Positions 60,466 through 64,000 of a stretch of DNA of 64,000 nt are shown one piece after another. The position numbers and the translations under genes are program-made. The notes under the pieces are model-generated. The model was not told where the DNA came from and ran no database searches. It was given only the letters and a program-made list of their open reading frames with translations. The DNA is from a virus. The DNA lies in the IMG/VR virus record IMGVR_UViG_3300002026_000005; one strand, given 5' to 3'. The first letter of the stretch is position 1. Every line of letters starts with the position of its first letter.

Positions 60466-63400
60466 CTAGCAATTCCTGATGTTCGAGAACAGGCCGTTGC
60501 CGGCGTCTTCATTGTTGTTCTGGAGCATCTCTATCAGGTCTGATGGGTACAGGAAGGAACTCTTCTTCAGACTCTTGTTTATCATCGTTACCAACTCTTC
60601 CTCTGTTGTCTTGCTGCCTATTTCCATCTTTACTTTCTTCCCGGTTACTCCCATAATCGAGAAGAAGAATCTTCCTCCTTCATCGTGAATGAGCTTCCTC
60701 AAGTAGAGTTCTTTCACGACTTTCCCCACAAGCTCATTCTCGAACGGAACAACCTCATTCACGTCTAGGTTCTCTGAGGGTTCAGATGCCTCGTTAGATT
60801 TCCTCTGGTTCAGGTCGTTCTTGTAACGTGCTGTGTACAACCCCAGTTTCAACATTGCTGCCTCATCCAGGATCTTGTTTCCGAACCTCATCAGGAGCTC
60901 CAAGTCGTTCTGGACTCTCTCACTCAGGAGGTTCAGGTCTCCGTACTCATCCAAGCTGGTTTTGTTCTTAGCTGTCTTGGCAAGGAAGTCCTCAAACCTC
61001 TTATTAAACCAGGTCAAAGCATCCGAGAAGATCCTTCTCTCTCCTTCAGTCAGACTATTGACGATACCAAGGTTCCCGACTACAGTCTCTCTCACAGCAA
61101 TGGACATCTTACGAGACACGTTCTTCGGATCAAACTCACCAGTCTCCTCTGGCTCTCTTGTGTTTTGGTTCCCACTCTGACTATCGTTACCGAGAGAGTT
61201 GTAGTAATCCTCCTGCTCCTGTCTCTGTTGTTCTTCCGAACTTCCAGATGTCGCATCAGGATCTACTCCAAACCCTTCGTTCACTCCACTACTTCCCTCA
61301 ACGTCATCAGTCTGAGACTGGTTCTGGACAGGTGCCGGCTGTTGCTGATTCAGGTCATTCAGGTTCTGTTCCTGAGTGAGACCCACTCCGCTATTACTGC
61401 CACTATTCCTATTGGCATCAACGGCTGCCGTCCTCTCCTTACCTGACTTGATCTCTTCGATGGCCTCATCTATTGTCGTGATTACGTCGTCCCTATCTAG
61501 GGAATGGTTCCAGTTCTTCTCGAAGTAGGCCTTTGTCCTCTTTCCGAGTTTGAACGGATTCCCAAGCAGAAGCTCTGCCGCCTTCGATACGCTGTTGCCG
61601 ACTTTAGCCAACTTTGATTTCTCTCTGTTCAGACTCAACAACTTCTTCTCCTCCGGATCCTTCGTCTGTCTCCAAGCCTTGTCGAAACTCACTTCTTCCT
61701 CGTTTATCTCCTTGCTATCCTGGAGCTCCTTCAGTCTATCCTTCTTCATCTGTTCGAGAGTAGACAGTTTCTTCTCCGTGTCTTCCTTCGAGTCCAGTAT
61801 GGCCTTGACATTGGCTTTGTCTTCCTTCTTTCTGTCCAGCCTGAATTTGTTCCAGTTCTTTCTCTTTTCCCGAAGGATCTCTCTCGGATTCGAGTGGAGA
61901 CTCATCAGTCTCTGGTGGTTGCTGGCATACTCAGAGGTAGACTCATTCAGCTTTCCGATAGAAGAGAGATAGTCCTGGAACTTTTGGGCATCATGGATAC
62001 TCTTTATCTGGTTCGGATCCTTCAGCATCGCCTTCAGGTTCGGGTCAACCGTTTTGTCTTTCTCAAGACGACCCCAGGCTTCCGTCCTCTCCTTCTCTTT
62101 TCTCTTGATGGATTCCCTGTTCAGCCTGATATTGTTTCTGATACTCAGCTTCTCCTCACGGGAAATCTTCCTCAAACCTTTCTTGTCTAACATAAGGAGA
62201 GTTCTCATCGTCTCATTCTGAATCATTTCCGTCTCTATCTGGGCGTTCTTCTTGATGTAGTCTTTCGAGTTCTGGTCAAGCTGTTTTCCGCTGTTATCCA
62301 CAATGGTCTTCATGTACTCGGCCTCAGCCTTGTTCATGTTGGATTCATTCTCTCTCACCTGCTTCAGGATCTTGTCCATCTTGTAGGCTCCCTGAAGACG
62401 CTCCTTGAAGACAACGGCTTTCTCGAGTTCCGACAACTTCCTGGTGGAAGCATCTGTCTCTATCTGGTTCCAGACAGCTCGGGCATTCTTTAGCCTCGAA
62501 ATCTCTTCCCCGAACTCTTTCTTCCCAATAGTGACTTTCTTTCCGTCTACTTGGGTCTCGACCTCTTTCTCCTTCTCGAGCATCCCTATTCGGGCATCAA
62601 CTCTCCCATTCTGGATGGCATCATAGTAGGAAGAGATGCGGGCGTCATCTTGACCTGTTTCCGTCATGTGTTTAGCGAGACCCTGGAGATTCTTTTTCTC
62701 CCTGATCTCATTCTTTAAGCCCTTTATTTCACTGTAGAGACCCGGGACGTTCATTGGGTTGAAGACACCCATAATCATACCGGCCCTCACTGAGTTCCCG
62801 AACTCATTTGAAACAAGTCCGTTTGTGTCTCCTATTCCTGTCATCGCCTTTGCTACTGTTCCGTAGTCATTGAAGAGATTCTTCGCGTTCTTTATAGTGA
62901 ACTCGTTCAGTCCGACTCCGTCCTTTCCATACTTCTCATCTCTCTCTCCCGGAACATTCGGCACATATCATCCGTTCTTGTTCTTCTTCCAGAGTGTTCC
63001 CTCCAGTTGGTTGTTGGCTCTCTGTCCCGCAACGTCCTGAACACCTTCTTCAACTCCTTCCATGATGGAACCGATCATCTGTTTCATGAGGAAACTCGAT
63101 ATCTTTCCGGCATTCGTGTTTCCGAGCGTCCAGGGCATCATCCCCATTCCACTCTGAGCATAGTCACCCCACTGGAGAGCCATGTTCTCGGCACGAAGGT
63201 CGTTCATTCCTTTTGAGGCCTCTAGTCTTATGTAGTCATCTATCTCGGGTGGAATCTCTGCCTCTGGAGACAGACCGTTCCTGGCTCTGTAACCGTCCTG
63301 AAACTGTTCCACTCTCTCCTTGTAGGCTCCACCAACTTCGGCATTCGTCTCCCTCTCTCTGGCATACCTGTCAGCCGCGAAACGGACTCCTCCAGACAAG

Positions 63401-64000
63401 GCAATTCCGAGTGGGCCAAAAAAGACCCCTGTAGCATTGGCTGCCGCAATCAGTCCTGTTGCGGCTATTTGGGAACCAAGCTGGTTCATGGAGCCTCCGA
63501 GGTCTGACATCAGTTCGTTCCTTAGGTAGGTGACAGGATTTGAATTCTTTTCAGATAAGGCATACTTCGTTCTCAGCTGTTCAGACAGCTTGATCGGACT
63601 CGAGTCGATGTCTTCTTGGTTACTCTTGATGTCTTCATATATGTCTCCAAGTTCCTCCTGGATTTCTTGTGTACGATCAGAGAGCTTCTTCATCTCTCCA
63701 TCGATGTAGCCACGTTGAGCCTCATCGACATTGATGTTCATCGAGTTCGACTTCTGCATGAGTTCCCTGATGCTTGCCAGCTCTCTTTCGAGAGGTTGGG
63801 CCTCACCCCAGAGTTCATTGATGTCGGTCTCATCGATCTTGTTCATGAGCGTAGTCCACTGACCACCACCCTCTTCGGGGTTATCGAAGTTCAGCTTCGG
63901 AACAACAAGATCCATCTTGCTGAATCCTTCTGCACCATGCTCATTGTTCCTGTTGGAGACTGAACCGATCTTCGGAACAACGAGGTCCATCTTACTGAAC
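60466..64000 (-). CDS. large coiled-coil and glycine-zipper virion protein (partial, extends beyond the window), with in-frame TGA at 62968-62970
   Basis: ORFs 62968..63990 and 60466..62964 share a frame and are separated by TGA plus one codon. It has a hydrophobic Gly-rich segment (LGSQIAATGLIAAANATGVFFGPLGIALSGGV) and long K/E coiled coils. The frame is still open at 64000. It ends in TAG at 60466-60468. Confidence 0.6.

Noticed and set aside
1483-62970. The TGA codons read as selenocysteine, or as evidence of a host that natively uses code 4 or 25.
   Set aside because: I saw no recurring SECIS-like hairpin immediately downstream, and the positions are not Cys-like active sites. In code-4 or code-25 organisms TGA is a frequent codon. 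Here TGG encodes almost all Trp and TGA occurs about once per gene, which fits phage-specific recoding better. I cannot exclude the alternatives without alignments.
1-64000. CRISPR arrays, a diversity-generating retroelement (reverse transcriptase plus TR/VR pair), integrase or transposase genes, an endolysin.
   Set aside because: I saw no spaced direct-repeat array, no ORF with a YxDD-type RT motif, and no recombinase or lysozyme/amidase signature in any frame. A TR/VR pair cannot be excluded by eye.

Overview
This 64-kb window is a fragment of a tailed dsDNA phage whose gene content and layout fit a crAss-like (Crassvirales-type) podovirus, probably with a Bacteroidota-type host. That assignment is an inference from A-rich, Shine-Dalgarno-poor leaders and a giant two-barrel RNA polymerase; no database search was possible. 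A plus-strand morphogenesis arm (about 416-39448) carries TerL, portal, a scaffold-like protein, a capsid candidate, about 20 tail or fibre genes, and then very large cargo-like proteins with HExxH modules. It converges at a strong bidirectional terminator (39485-39530) on a minus-strand arm (39531-64000). That arm carries small accessory genes, a PD-(D/E)XK nuclease, an AAA+ ATPase, eight tRNA genes in four clusters, and a giant virion-type RNA polymerase with a DFDGD motif.

The dominant signal is stop-codon reassignment. At least 23 in-frame TGA codons split TerL, portal, fibre, tail, cargo and polymerase genes, and every such TGA continues in the same frame with no TAA or TAG. Every unambiguous gene end uses TAA or TAG. 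None of the eight tRNAs I folded by hand has a TCA anticodon.

Read with TGA as sense, positions 60397-47930 form a single 4155-codon frame. It joins an N-terminal module, an HExxH zincin module, the polymerase, a DUF4326-like module and a NADAR-like module. Other observations include four paralogous zincin modules, AT-rich mosaic islands in the fibre and cargo genes, and TGA-gated N-terminal extensions.

All domain calls come from motif recognition by eye. Coordinates of recoded genes are my own frame reconstructions.
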